Origin: Candidatus Sulfomarinibacteraceae bacterium
Lineage (GTDB): Bacteria > Acidobacteriota > Thermoanaerobaculia > Thermoanaerobaculales > Sulfomarinibacteraceae
Assembly: GCA_963796455.1 (NCBI GenBank)
Contig: CAWCLO010000001.1
Location: 32,001 to 96,000 of the forward strand
Direction: 5' to 3'
Length of the DNA stretch: 64,000 nt
Part shown: one piece after another, positions 20,622 to 30,838 of the stretch
Layout of the letters: each line of letters opens with the position of its first letter
Position numbering within the stretch: position 1 is the stretch's first letter
Program-made: the position numbers and the translations under genes
The notes under the pieces: model-generated
What the model was told of the DNA's origin: nothing
Database searches by the model: none
What the model saw: only the letters and a program-made list of their open reading frames with translations

Positions 20622-21320
20622 TTACTCCAGGTAGTCCAGAAGCGACTTGGCGGTGGCGGCGTCAGGACCGTCGGGAGAGAGCTCGAGAAACTTCATCAAG
20701 GCATTCTTGGCGCACTCGATTTCGCCCATGGAATTGCAGGTCAGTCCGAGCTGAAAATAGGCCGGTGCGAGATCCGGCTCCTGCTCGAGAATGACCTCCA
20801 ACAACGATCGCGATCCGGCCAGCAGTTGCTCGTCGAACAGCACCGTGGCGTGTTGCAACATCTCCCGTGAAACCACCTCTGGATTCACGGCCGCCAGCCG
20901 GCGCGCTGATGGAATGAGACGATCGACGTCGCCGAGCAACAGTTCGGCAAAATAGGCGGTACCGATCGCGTCGGCGTTGTCCGGCTGCAGCCGAACCAGG
21001 TTCTCGGCGGCATCGGCAGCGGTCTGGAAGTCTTCCAGTTCCATCGCCACGGCGGCCATTGCCTTTGAAGCTTCTGCAAAATCGGGATCGATCTCACTGG
21101 CCCTGCGAAAGTGTTCGAGCGCCGTCGGCATGTCGTCCAACTCGAGTGCTGCAACACCCTCGTTAAAGACAGGAATCGCCTCTTCCCGCGCCTCGTTGTA
21201 TTCGCTCTCGCCTTCAGTCGAGGGCTCCTCCTGAGCGGGAGGATCGTCGGCCAGAACCGGCGCAGCAAGCGTTCCGAGGAACATCAGGCCAATGACGGTG
21301 ATCGTGATGCGGACATTCAT
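20622..21320 (-). CDS. Secreted tetratricopeptide-repeat protein
   Basis: Signal peptide (APVLA-DD) and TPR helices ending KFLELSPDGPDA. Confidence 0.8.
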   Translation of the reverse strand: MNVRITITVIGLMFLGTLAAPVLADDPPAQEEPSTEGESEYNEAREEAIPVFNEGVAALELDDMPTALEHFRRASEIDPDFAEASKAMAAVAMELEDFQTAADAAENLVRLQPDNADAIGTAYFAELLLGDVDRLIPSARRLAAVNPEVVSREMLQHATVLFDEQLLAGSRSLLEVILEQEPDLAPAYFQLGLTCNSMGEIECAKNALMKFLELSPDGPDAATAKSLLDYLE

Positions 21321-21448
21321 GGTATGCAGAGGCATTGAATCTGACTCCTGTTCGCCGTGCATCCTACACCCGTTCATTGCAGAACGAAATCCTGCAACGT
21401 TCGAAAGTCGGTGTTGGTATTCTTTCGAATCCGTGAAAGGAGCTCAAA

Positions 21449-22165
21449 ATGAGCCTTGAAGGTCAAGTTGCGATCATTACCGGGGCGTCGAGTGGCATCG
21501 GTCGGGGTGTCGCCCGCGAGCTCGACAGTGCCGGGATGAAGCTGGTGCTCAACGCGCGTCGTCTCGACCGATTGCAGGACCTCGCGGCAGAACTCAATGA
21601 CGCACACCCTGTTGCCGGAGATCTGACCGACGTTTCGGTTCCCGCAAAGTTGATCGAAGAAGCGTTGGCTCGATTCGGTCGGGTCGATGTGGTCTTCAAC
21701 AACGCCGGAATCATGGACACTTCGGTCATCGAGACCGCCGACATCGAGCAGCTCTGCGCCAATATCCGGGTCAATCTCGAAGCTGCGGTTCGTATGGCCT
21801 ACACCTCGCTGAGACACTTCAAGTCCCAGGGGAGTGGATATCTCGTGACCACATCGTCAATCCTGGGAACCAAGGTCCGACCGACCGCGGGTGTCTACGC
21901 AGGCAGCAAGTACGGCATCGAGGCTCTGACCGAGGCTCTGCGGATGGAGGTCGCCGGCACCGGAGTCAGAGTGAGTTGTATCGAACCCGGTCTGGTCAAC
22001 ACCGAACTCCAGGACCACTTCGAGATCCACCCACGGGACATGCTCGAAATGAAAAAACCGCTCGAACCCGAGGATATTGCGAGGTGCGTGCGATTCCTGC
22101 TCGAACAGCCGCCACACGTGTCCATTCCACGGATGATGGTCCTTCCCAGCGAACAGGCGATGTAA
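21449..22165 (+). CDS. SDR family oxidoreductase
   Basis: TGASSGIG, NNAG and YAGSK motifs; AAGGAG RBS. Confidence 0.9.
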   Translation: MSLEGQVAIITGASSGIGRGVARELDSAGMKLVLNARRLDRLQDLAAELNDAHPVAGDLTDVSVPAKLIEEALARFGRVDVVFNNAGIMDTSVIETADIEQLCANIRVNLEAAVRMAYTSLRHFKSQGSGYLVTTSSILGTKVRPTAGVYAGSKYGIEALTEALRMEVAGTGVRVSCIEPGLVNTELQDHFEIHPRDMLEMKKPLEPEDIARCVRFLLEQPPHVSIPRMMVLPSEQAM

Positions 22166-22172
22166 CGGCGGT

Positions 22173-22787
22173 CTATCGTTTCGGAATCTCCAGCATCTCC
22201 AGCCGAGCGGCGAGCTGCGCCCCGTGAGCCCCCGCATCGACGTCGGTGATGATGTCGAGGATGGCGCCTTCCGAGTCGATCACAAAGGTCCAGCGCTCGG
22301 GGTACGCGCGGCCCTCATGAACCACACCATAGGCGGTGGCGACGCTTTTGTCCGGATCGCTCAAGACCGCGTAGTCGAGGTCGAGCGCCTTCGCGAAGTT
22401 CTTGTTTGTTGCAGCCGAATCGCAGCTCGCAGCAAAAAGCACGATGTCGAATTTGTCGAGGCCGGATTCGTCCGAGGCCGGGAGCTCCATCTCCCGCCCA
22501 CCCTCGAGCTCGACCATCACAGCATTGGCACGCCCGCTGCCACGCAGCGAGTCACATTCGCGGGTTCAACCGCCTGTGAATGCCTTGGGAAACCAGGCCA
22601 GGACGACAACCTCGCCACGATAATCGACAAGCCGGTGGGTCGTGCCGTCGCTTCCTGCGAGTTCGAACGCTGGAGCCGGGTCGCCGACTTTCAGTTCACC
22701 CGACTCTACAAACCCGGCAGGCAACAACAAACTGGCGACCACGACCCCAAACACAATTTTCAAAAAACCGATGCCTGCAGATCTCAT
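22173..22787 (-). CDS. Selenocysteine-containing peroxiredoxin (BCP/AhpC-TSA family) with signal peptide
   Basis: ORFs 22566..22877 and 22173..22520 are in the same frame, separated only by TGA 22568-22566, giving FPKAFTGG-U-TREC at the peroxidatic Cys position. Confidence 0.85.
22533..22551 (-). promoter_or_regulatory. Putative bacterial SECIS hairpin
   Basis: CTCGCTGC-GTG-GCAGCGGG starts 14 nt 3' of the UGA, with a G/U apical loop about 22 nt from it. Confidence 0.65.
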
Positions 22788-22930
22788 CGTTCCCCACACT
22801 CCCCTCGCACGAATGCAATGTCGAATCTTGATTGTGAGTATCTCAGCACCCCGCCCCATCCGCAATTCAAAAACCATTCGAATCAGGCAGTAGGGAACTC
22901 TTCACGAGAATGGTGGATAATGACGATCCA

Positions 22931-23536
22931 ATGACTATTCGAAGATCTGCATTCACCGTCGTCGTCTGCGTCGTCACCCTCATCCTTTGCATATGGCCGG
23001 GCTCTGCCGCCATCGCCGATGAAAATGTTGCTCAGCACAGCGAATACTCGGTGCTGTACGAGGGCCCGGAGATTCTGGCATCGGTCGGATTTCGGCAGGC
23101 AGCACACGATATGGGTGACGAATGGATGATTCTGGTCGTCCAGCTGACCGCACCACCGCAATCGGACAACGTCGATGTTTTTCGAGAAAAAATGACGCTC
23201 CGCACTCCCGACGGGCGTCGCATACCGGTGCTGACTCAAGCCGAATACCGGCAGATCTACGGCAAGATTCGCGTTCGAATCCGGCAGGCTATGAGCAATA
23301 CCCCTCCCCTGCGTCTCCGCGGCAGCTCCCAACGACCCTGTCGACAGTGGTTTCTCGAGGATCCTGCCGACGGCTTCGGCCGCGACCAGATCCCGATCAG
23401 CAGCTTTCAGGTCTGCGCCGGGCCGTTGGTTTTCCGGGTGCCCGGTAACATCCAACCGGGCCGCTGGCGGCTCGTGATCGAGCTCGAGGAGAGCATCGCC
23501 GACATCCCCTTCGAGATCGAACTCGAGGATCGCTGA
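22931..23536 (+). CDS. Secreted hypothetical protein, tandem paralog 1
   Basis: Signal peptide; shares GPE, DEW.IL.VQL, LTQAEYR and VFRVPGNIQPGRWRLVIELEES with the next gene. Confidence 0.75.
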   Translation: MTIRRSAFTVVVCVVTLILCIWPGSAAIADENVAQHSEYSVLYEGPEILASVGFRQAAHDMGDEWMILVVQLTAPPQSDNVDVFREKMTLRTPDGRRIPVLTQAEYRQIYGKIRVRIRQAMSNTPPLRLRGSSQRPCRQWFLEDPADGFGRDQIPISSFQVCAGPLVFRVPGNIQPGRWRLVIELEESIADIPFEIELEDR

Positions 23537-23568
23537 TCTTGTCCGGTGGGATCAGAATCAAACCTGAC

Positions 23569-24144
23569 GTGATCAGATCGTTGCTGGCCACCGTCGTCGT
23601 CGCCGGCATGTTGACCGTTCCGCCGGCGGCTCTCGCCGATGAACCGGTCAGCTCACACGGTCGATATGGAGTCGCCTACGACGGACCCGAACTCATTGCG
23701 GCCGTCGGCTATCATCAGGCCAATCGCGATATCGGCGACGAATGGCTGATTCTCTCGGTACAGCTGATGTCACCGTCATCCACATCCGTCAAACGAGGCG
23801 ATATTTCGCTGCGGGCCCCGGATGGCAAGCGGCTGCGTTTGCTCACCCAGGCCGAATACCGCGAGATACTCGGAACCATCCGTTCGAGAGTTCGGCGCGC
23901 GATGACCAACTCCAAACCCCTGCGTTACCTGGATGATTTCATTCGGCCGTGCGATCGCTGGTTTCTGACCGACCCCTGGCAAGGGTTCGCACACGACGAG
24001 ATCTTCCTCAACACATTCAATCTCTGTTTCGGACCGATGGTCTTCAGGGTGCCAGGCAACATCCAACCCGGGCGCTGGCGGCTGGTGATCGAGCTCGAGG
24101 AAAGCACCGCCGACATACCGTTCGTCCTCGAAGTCGACGACTGA
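23569..24144 (+). CDS. Secreted hypothetical protein, tandem paralog 2
   Basis: As above; start at GTG 23569 or TTG 23539. Confidence 0.75.
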   Translation: MIRSLLATVVVAGMLTVPPAALADEPVSSHGRYGVAYDGPELIAAVGYHQANRDIGDEWLILSVQLMSPSSTSVKRGDISLRAPDGKRLRLLTQAEYREILGTIRSRVRRAMTNSKPLRYLDDFIRPCDRWFLTDPWQGFAHDEIFLNTFNLCFGPMVFRVPGNIQPGRWRLVIELEESTADIPFVLEVDD

Positions 24145-24206
24145 GCCGATATGCGTCGCCCCGCCAGCTCGGGGTGCGTGCTACGCTCTCGCGAAAGGGG
24201 CGGGCT

Positions 24207-25766
24207 ATGGACAGAAAGCAGTCGATCGAGGCCATCACGACGTACCAAGGCTATTGGGACGTCATCATCATCGGCGGCGGCGCGACCGGGCTCGGCACCG
24301 CGGTGGACGCGGCCTCGCGCGGCTACAAGACGCTCCTGGTCGAGCAGCACGATTTTTCCAAGGGCACCTCGAGCCGCAGCACCAAGCTGGTCCACGGCGG
24401 AGTCCGATATCTACGCCAGGGCAATATTTCGCTGGTCCTCGAGGCGCTGCACGAACGCGGCCTGCTGGCCCAGAACGCGCCCCACCTGGTTCACAACCAG
24501 AGCTTTATCGTACCCATCTACGATTGGTGGGAAGGCCCCTTCTACGGCATCGGGCTCAAGGTCTACGACAAGCTCGCCGGCAAGCTCGGCATCCAGCCTT
24601 CCGAACGGCTGACCCGTGAAGAAACACTCGAACGCATTCCGACCCTCGAACCCGATGGTCTGCGGGGCGGGGTCATCTACTACGACGGCCAGTTCGACGA
24701 CTCGAGACTCGCGGTCGATCTTGCTCAGACTGCGGTGGCCCAGGGCGGCACCGTCATCAACTACATGCGGGTCGAGAGCCTGCTCAAAACCGGCGACATG
24801 ATCTCGGGCGTCGCAGCCCGAGATCTCGAGACCGACACGGTGCACGAGATCAACGGCCGTGCCGTGGTCAACGCCACCGGAGTCTTTACCGACCAGGTTC
24901 TGCAAATGGACGACCCGGATACCAAAGCGATTATCACCCCGAGCCAGGGGACCCATATCATTCTCAGTACCGAGTTCTTGTCCGGTGATACCGCCATCAT
25001 GGTGCCCCAGACCTCCGACGGCCGGGTGCTCTTTGCCGTTCCCTGGCACGACCGGGTGGTGGTGGGGACCACCGACACGCCGGTCGAACACCCGTCGTTG
25101 GAACCGCGTGCGCAGGATGAGGAGGTCGAATTCATCCTCGCCAACGCCGCGCGCTACATGGCCAAGGACCCGGCCCGATCCGACGTGCTGAGCGTCTTTT
25201 CCGGCCTGAGGCCCCTGGTTTCGGTCGGCGACGAGGACGAAACCTCGAAGCTCTCGCGTGACCACACGGTTCTGGTTTCGGCTTCCGGTCTGGTCACCAT
25301 TACCGGCGGAAAGTGGACAACCTATCGCAAGATGGCCTCCGATGTGGTCGACCAGGCGGTATTGGTTGCCGGTCTTGTTCCGACGCCGTGCGTGACCGAA
25401 GAGCTGCGGATCCACGGTTGGCTGAAACAGATCGATCCCGACGACCCGCTCTATGTCTATGGTTCGGATATTCCCCTGGTGCGGCAGATCGGTGAAAAAA
25501 AGAAGGCCCTGAAAGAGTATCTGCACGACAATCTGCCGCTTTCCGGAGTCAGGGTCGTGTGGGCGGTGCAGGAAGAAATGGCACGGACGGTGGAAGACGT
25601 GCTCGCCCGCCGGACCCGCTCGCTGCTGCTCGATGCGCGAGCTTCCATCGAGGTGGCTCCCCAGGTGGCCAAGATCATGGCCAAGCTTCTGCGCAAGAAC
25701 CGCAAGTGGCAGAAACAGCAGGTCCAGGAATACACCGAGCTGGCCCGGGGCTACATCCTCGAGTAG
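24207..25766 (+). CDS. glpD: FAD-dependent glycerol-3-phosphate dehydrogenase
   Basis: IIGGGATG, GTSSRSTKLVHGGVRYL, GLRPL and GGKWTTYR motifs; ATG 24207. Confidence 0.93.
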   Translation: MDRKQSIEAITTYQGYWDVIIIGGGATGLGTAVDAASRGYKTLLVEQHDFSKGTSSRSTKLVHGGVRYLRQGNISLVLEALHERGLLAQNAPHLVHNQSFIVPIYDWWEGPFYGIGLKVYDKLAGKLGIQPSERLTREETLERIPTLEPDGLRGGVIYYDGQFDDSRLAVDLAQTAVAQGGTVINYMRVESLLKTGDMISGVAARDLETDTVHEINGRAVVNATGVFTDQVLQMDDPDTKAIITPSQGTHIILSTEFLSGDTAIMVPQTSDGRVLFAVPWHDRVVVGTTDTPVEHPSLEPRAQDEEVEFILANAARYMAKDPARSDVLSVFSGLRPLVSVGDEDETSKLSRDHTVLVSASGLVTITGGKWTTYRKMASDVVDQAVLVAGLVPTPCVTEELRIHGWLKQIDPDDPLYVYGSDIPLVRQIGEKKKALKEYLHDNLPLSGVRVVWAVQEEMARTVEDVLARRTRSLLLDARASIEVAPQVAKIMAKLLRKNRKWQKQQVQEYTELARGYILE

Positions 25767-26120
25767 GTGCAGACGCAGCTGGACAACCATAGAGGCACAG
25801 AGAAACGGTGGCCTGCCCACCCGATGCTAGCTAGATACTGGATGCTGGATGCTGGATCACTGCCGTCCAAAACAGGTCGTCACCTGAAGTTTCCCACCTG
25901 ACAACACGTGATTTACGGGTTGGTTTTTGGCATATCCGGTTCGCGGTTGGCCCCTACCCGATCCCGAAGTACAGCGGCAGCGACAGTTGGCAGCGGCAGG
26001 TCCAGCGTCAGCGACAGTTGGCAGCGGCAGTGTCCAGCGTCAGCGACAGGAAACAGCGAACAGGGACAGCGGTCGGTGTTCAGTGTTCAGCGGCAGCGGT
26101 CAGGAGTACAGGCGACGAAG

Positions 26121-26259
26121 TGGCCACCTCCGGGTCGTTCAAAAGAAAGGGGTAGCCGGTGGGCGGCCGATGTCACGGACAGGCAAGGTGCAGGGCATCC
26201 TTGACATCGGCCACCACACCGGCTTGTGGGTATGGGCATGAACGACCCGGAGGTGACCA
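26121..26259 (+). promoter_or_regulatory. Long leader hairpin occluding the SD and start of the four-helix-bundle gene
   Basis: 26121-26141 pairs with 26239-26259 (20/21, includes GGAGGT and the A of ATG); inner stem 26154-26179 pairs with 26198-26224. Confidence 0.7.
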
Positions 26260-26612
26260 TGTCCTCAGCCGCCACGAACACCAACCTCGTTGCCCACTCG
26301 AAAGCCCTCGAAGCAGCGGGCATCGCGATCAAGCTTGTGATGAGGGTTCCGGCTCCTCTGAAGTCCATAGCCGATCAGGTAATCCGGTCGGCAAGTTCAG
26401 TCCCCGCAAACCTGGCGGAAGGTCACGGCCGATTCGGTAGAGACCGGTCGAACCACTGGAGAATCGCCTACGCCTCAGCCAAAGAGGTCGACAGCCACTT
26501 GAAGCTCCTCGTCCACGCTGGGGCGGTCAACCGGAATGGAGCCGGTGAAGCGATGAAGGCCTTCGATCAGGTCCGTGCCACGACCTGGAGGCTGCTGAAC
26601 TCGACAGAGTGA
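26259..26612 (+). CDS. Four helix bundle protein (23S rRNA-IVS / Avd-like family)
   Basis: 117 aa; DQVIRSASSVPANLAEG.GR and IAYASAKEV motifs; GGAGGT RBS at 26249-26254. Confidence 0.88.
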   Translation: MSSAATNTNLVAHSKALEAAGIAIKLVMRVPAPLKSIADQVIRSASSVPANLAEGHGRFGRDRSNHWRIAYASAKEVDSHLKLLVHAGAVNRNGAGEAMKAFDQVRATTWRLLNSTE

Positions 26613-26834
26613 GTGCTGTTGGCTGGCGCTGTCGCCGTCCCGGCCGCTGTTCGCTGCCGCTGAATCCTGTCGCTGTCCCCGACCCCTGTCCGAGACCCTG
26701 TCTTGGACAAGAGTGATGCTGGATGCCGGATGCTGAATCCGCCCACCAACCCACACCGTCGCAATCACAAAGACCCAAAGCCATCACAAACCTGCGTCGT
26801 GAGCTCCTGGAGTCGCGTGAACATCTCCGGTTTT

Positions 26835-27695
26835 GCCCACAGATCACACAGATAGACGCAGATGACAGCCATATTGCAGGGGCACAAGCGACCACTGCGA
26901 TCAACTGGCGTCCACATCTCGAGTTCTTAACGCAAAGACGCGAAGGCGCAAAGGCCACCGGACTACCGGATTCGTTTTGCCAAAATGGTTATGAACACAG
27001 AGGCGCAGAGTCGCGGAGACGCAGAGGGCTTACGACAAGAGCCCTCCGCCCGGCGAGGTCCTGGCCGCCATCCGGCAACCAGGTACCGCTGGGTAAGGAA
27101 ACCACCCCAAAAACCAGCTCTCGTCTCGGTTTCCTTACCCAACGGCCTGCGCGACCGCGCAGGCCTCGCCTCCTTCCTCCCCCTTTCTTCAATCAAGAGA
27201 GGATGTCACCGATGCAAGGCAGAACCGGCATGCCGTAGGCGTGCCGGACGGTGGGAAGCGGGGTGACTCCGAGCGCTGGCGCTCGGAGTCACCCCGCTTC
27301 TCACCGGCGACAGGCGATTCTTTGATCGCCTGTCGGTCTGCCGCCATGCTTGGCAACATTGCACAATCTCGGCAACCGCGCCTTTGCGTCTCTGCGTCTC
27401 TGCGTCTCTGCGACTTTGCGTTCTTTGGGTTCTTCGCGTTCTTCGCGGTTTCAGCATGTGCACGCGGGACGCGTGCACCACCATGGTGGTGCGGCCGTCT
27501 CGGCTGCACTTCTCCTCTGCTCCTCTGCTCCTCTGCGTTTTTCTCTGTGTTCTTCCTCTGTGTCTCTGTGTCTCTGTGGTTTTCTTGGTGGTTCAACTCC
27601 TGCGATGGATCTGCGTCTATCTGCGTGATCTGCGGGCGTTCTTCCTCCGTTGCTGCTCTCGGGTCTCTCTCTGGTGTCTCTGTGCCGCTGTGGTT
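26835..27695. repeat. Nested inverted arms of 8-9 nt tandem repeats with internal perfect hairpins
   Basis: 26835-26863 pairs with 27609-27637 (27/29); 26929-27028 with 27381-27422; hairpins 27086-27145 and 27255-27300; REP doublet 27458-27509. Confidence 0.85.
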
Positions 27696-27701
27696 CGTTC
27701 G

Positions 27702-29189
27702 TCAATCCACCCAGTTTTTCGATCGCTCGAGTGCCTTGCGCCAGCCGGCCATGAGCTCTTCGACACGGGCTCGATCCAGCTTTGGTTCGAAGACGCGGTC
27801 GATCGACCACTGCTCGGCGATCTCGTCGAGGCCGCTCCAGAAACCGACGGCCAACCCGGCCTGATAGGCCGCACCGAGTGCGGTGGTCTCGGTCACGGTG
27901 GGCCGCACCACCGGCACACCGAGCACGTCGGACTGGAACTGCATCAGGAGATCGTTGGCGGCGGCGCCGCCGTCGACCCGCAGCTCGGCAAGCTCGATTC
28001 CCGAATCCGCCTGCATCGCCTGAATGACGTCGGCCGTCTGGTAGGCGATGCTTTCAAGCGCCGCGCGGGCAATATGTGCGGATGTGCTGCCACGGGTCAG
28101 ACCGGCGATGGTGCCGCGCGCATACTGATCCCAGTGCGGTGCACCAAGCCCGACGAAGGCAGGCACCAGATAGACGCCGCCGTTGTCTTCGACCTTTTGT
28201 GCAAGCGACTGGACTTCACTCGAATCCTTGATCACCCCGAGGCCATCGCGCAGCCATTGCACGACCGCGCCGGCGATGAACACGCTGCCCTCGAGCGCAT
28301 AAGTCGTCTCGGACCCGCGCTTCCAGGCAACTGTCGTCAGGAGATTGTGCTGCGAGGGCACAGCTTCCGATCCGGTGTTCATGAGCATGAAACAACCGGT
28401 TCCATATGTGTTTTTGGCCATGCCCGGCGAAGTGCAAACCTGACCGAAAAGCGCCGCCTGTTGATCGCCGGCAATGCCGGCGATCGGGATCTTTGCCGCC
28501 AATACTTCTCCGGTGGTTTCGCCGTAGACTTCGCTCGAAGATCTGACCTCGGGGAGCATTGATCGTGGAACGCCGAGGATCTCGAGCAGTTCGTCGTCCC
28601 AATCCCCGGTGTGGATGTCGTAAAGGAGAGTTCGGGAAGCGTTCGAGACGTCCGTGATGTGCAGGCGGCCGCCGGTCATCCGCCACACAAGCCAGCTATC
28701 GATGGTCCCAAAGGCGAGCTCACCCTTTTCGGCGCGTTCGCGGGCCCCTTCGACGTGGTCGAGGATCCACCGGACCTTGGTGCCCGAGAAGTAGGCGTCG
28801 AGCACCAACCCGGTGCGATCCCGGAAGACTTCCGCCCGCCCTTCTTCCTTCAAGCGATCGCAGAAATCCGCAGTGCGCCGGTCCTGCCAGACGATGGCGT
28901 TGTAAACCGGCCGCCCGTTGGCGCGATCCCAGACCACAGTGGTTTCGCGCTGGTTGGTGATACCGATCGCGGCGATATCGCTCGCGTTCGCTCCGGAGTT
29001 GACGACCGCTTCCGCCGCAACCGCGACCTGGCTGCGCCAGATCTCTTCGGGATCGTGCTCGACCCAACCCGGAGTCGGGAAAACCTGCCGGAACTCCTTC
29101 TGGGCAACTTCCCGAACCGTTCCCGAGCGATCAAAGAGAATGGCACGGGAACTGGTCGTCCCCTGGTCGAAGGCAAGGATGTATTTCAT
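27702..29189 (-). CDS. glpK: Glycerol kinase
   Basis: [34 protein letters not shown] and KNTYGTGCF motifs. Confidence 0.97.
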   Translation of the reverse strand: MKYILAFDQGTTSSRAILFDRSGTVREVAQKEFRQVFPTPGWVEHDPEEIWRSQVAVAAEAVVNSGANASDIAAIGITNQRETTVVWDRANGRPVYNAIVWQDRRTADFCDRLKEEGRAEVFRDRTGLVLDAYFSGTKVRWILDHVEGARERAEKGELAFGTIDSWLVWRMTGGRLHITDVSNASRTLLYDIHTGDWDDELLEILGVPRSMLPEVRSSSEVYGETTGEVLAAKIPIAGIAGDQQAALFGQVCTSPGMAKNTYGTGCFMLMNTGSEAVPSQHNLLTTVAWKRGSETTYALEGSVFIAGAVVQWLRDGLGVIKDSSEVQSLAQKVEDNGGVYLVPAFVGLGAPHWDQYARGTIAGLTRGSTSAHIARAALESIAYQTADVIQAMQADSGIELAELRVDGGAAANDLLMQFQSDVLGVPVVRPTVTETTALGAAYQAGLAVGFWSGLDEIAEQWSIDRVFEPKLDRARVEELMAGWRKALERSKNWVD

Positions 29190-29245
29190 GGAGAATCCTC
29201 CGTCAGCACGATGATACCGGTGCCGACGGAGGTCGCGAGCGTATT

Positions 29246-29365
29246 GGCTATGAGGCTATGACCGGCTGCTTCGCAGCCTGGCTATGAGGCTCTGAGGGCG
29301 ACACGAAACAGCCTCGCCACCCATTGCCGCCCCATAACCCCATAGCTTCATAGCCTCATAGCCCC
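29246..29365. repeat. Inverted octamer arms (GGCTATGA)n ... (TCATAGCC)n between adk and glpK
   Basis: Directly visible complementary tandem arms. Confidence 0.8.
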
Positions 29366-29377
29366 AAAGCTTCTTTT

Positions 29378-30091
<714 letters not shown>

Positions 30092-30738
30092 TTATTAATG
30101 CCGGGTTTTCGGGTTCCGAGACCGAAATATCGCTTCTTCGGCCCGATTTCGCCCGTCACACCCCGGTTACCGACCGTTGCCGGGAAGTTGCCGAATTCCG
30201 CCCCGCCAGCCACCAGCGGGCCCGGGCTCCACTGGGTTTTCGATCGCAAGTTGATGAAACAAGAAACTTACACGGATACCTGGATCTGGGAATCGGCGAA
30301 CCAACGCCCGAACGACGGGAACAGGCGCCGCCGCAATGTCGCGGCTGTTCCATCCGGGTAACAGACCCAAAAACACGAGAAACGTCGCAAACTCAAAGGT
30401 TTGGACATCGGAACACTCATTTACGTAACGCCGAGGTAACAATCGCTCCCCCGAGGCGACCGCAAATCACTCGTGCAATTACAAGTGATTTTTTTCACAT
30501 ATATTCTGATCCGATCGACTCATCTCACTGTAATGACTCTGCCATCACGACTTACGACCAGACCGCCCGAGAAAACCATGCCCTCTTGCTTGGACACCAA
30601 GCACAACACCACCTCGAACTGCGGCACCCATCGGTTGGCGCCCTACGTTCTCACCCCCAGCTCCCTCCCCTGCCAGAAGCTGTGAAGTGTACTGATATCA
30701 ATGGTTTTGACTATAGATAATAACCATTCTCAAAATGA

Positions 30739-30756
30739 TTGTGAAATCAGGCACAG
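30739..30756. promoter_or_regulatory. Possible Rex operator upstream of aprB
   Basis: TTGTGAA-ATCA-GGCACAG matches 11/14 positions of TTGTGAA-N4-TTCACAA, in the AT-rich promoter region. Confidence 0.4.
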
Positions 30757-30838
30757 CTCTTGCTTGGTCTTGCCACGATGAGAATTAGTGTATCTACCGG
30801 CTTACAAACCTATTGGAATTCGAAAGGAGGAACCCTGT

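Larger units (their letters stand above)
25858..26715 (+). mobile_element. CACT/AGTG TIR element, copy B, carrying a four-helix-bundle gene
   Basis: Ends CACTGCCGTCCAAAACAGG and CCTGTCTTGGACAAGAGTG, AT on both sides, inside a CTGGATG array; internal CAGCGR and YCGCTG complementary arms. Confidence 0.82.

Noticed and set aside
26201..26236. Sigma70 promoter for the four-helix-bundle gene from TTGACA at 26201
   Set aside because: No convincing -10 hexamer at 16-18 nt spacing, so it is not called as a feature.
26259..26612. Diversity-generating retroelement (Avd) or true 23S rRNA intervening sequence
   Set aside because: No reverse transcriptase, no TR/VR pair with adenine-specific mismatches, and no rRNA sequence flanks the gene in this window.
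25767..27701. CRISPR array
   Set aside because: Repeats are short-period tandem or inverted units without constant-length repeats and unique spacers; no cas genes.
26527..27864. Several 100-200 aa ORFs in the glpD-glpK spacer, and similar ORFs in elements A, C and D
   Set aside because: Low-complexity products of repeat DNA, overlapping in many frames, with no transposase motifs.
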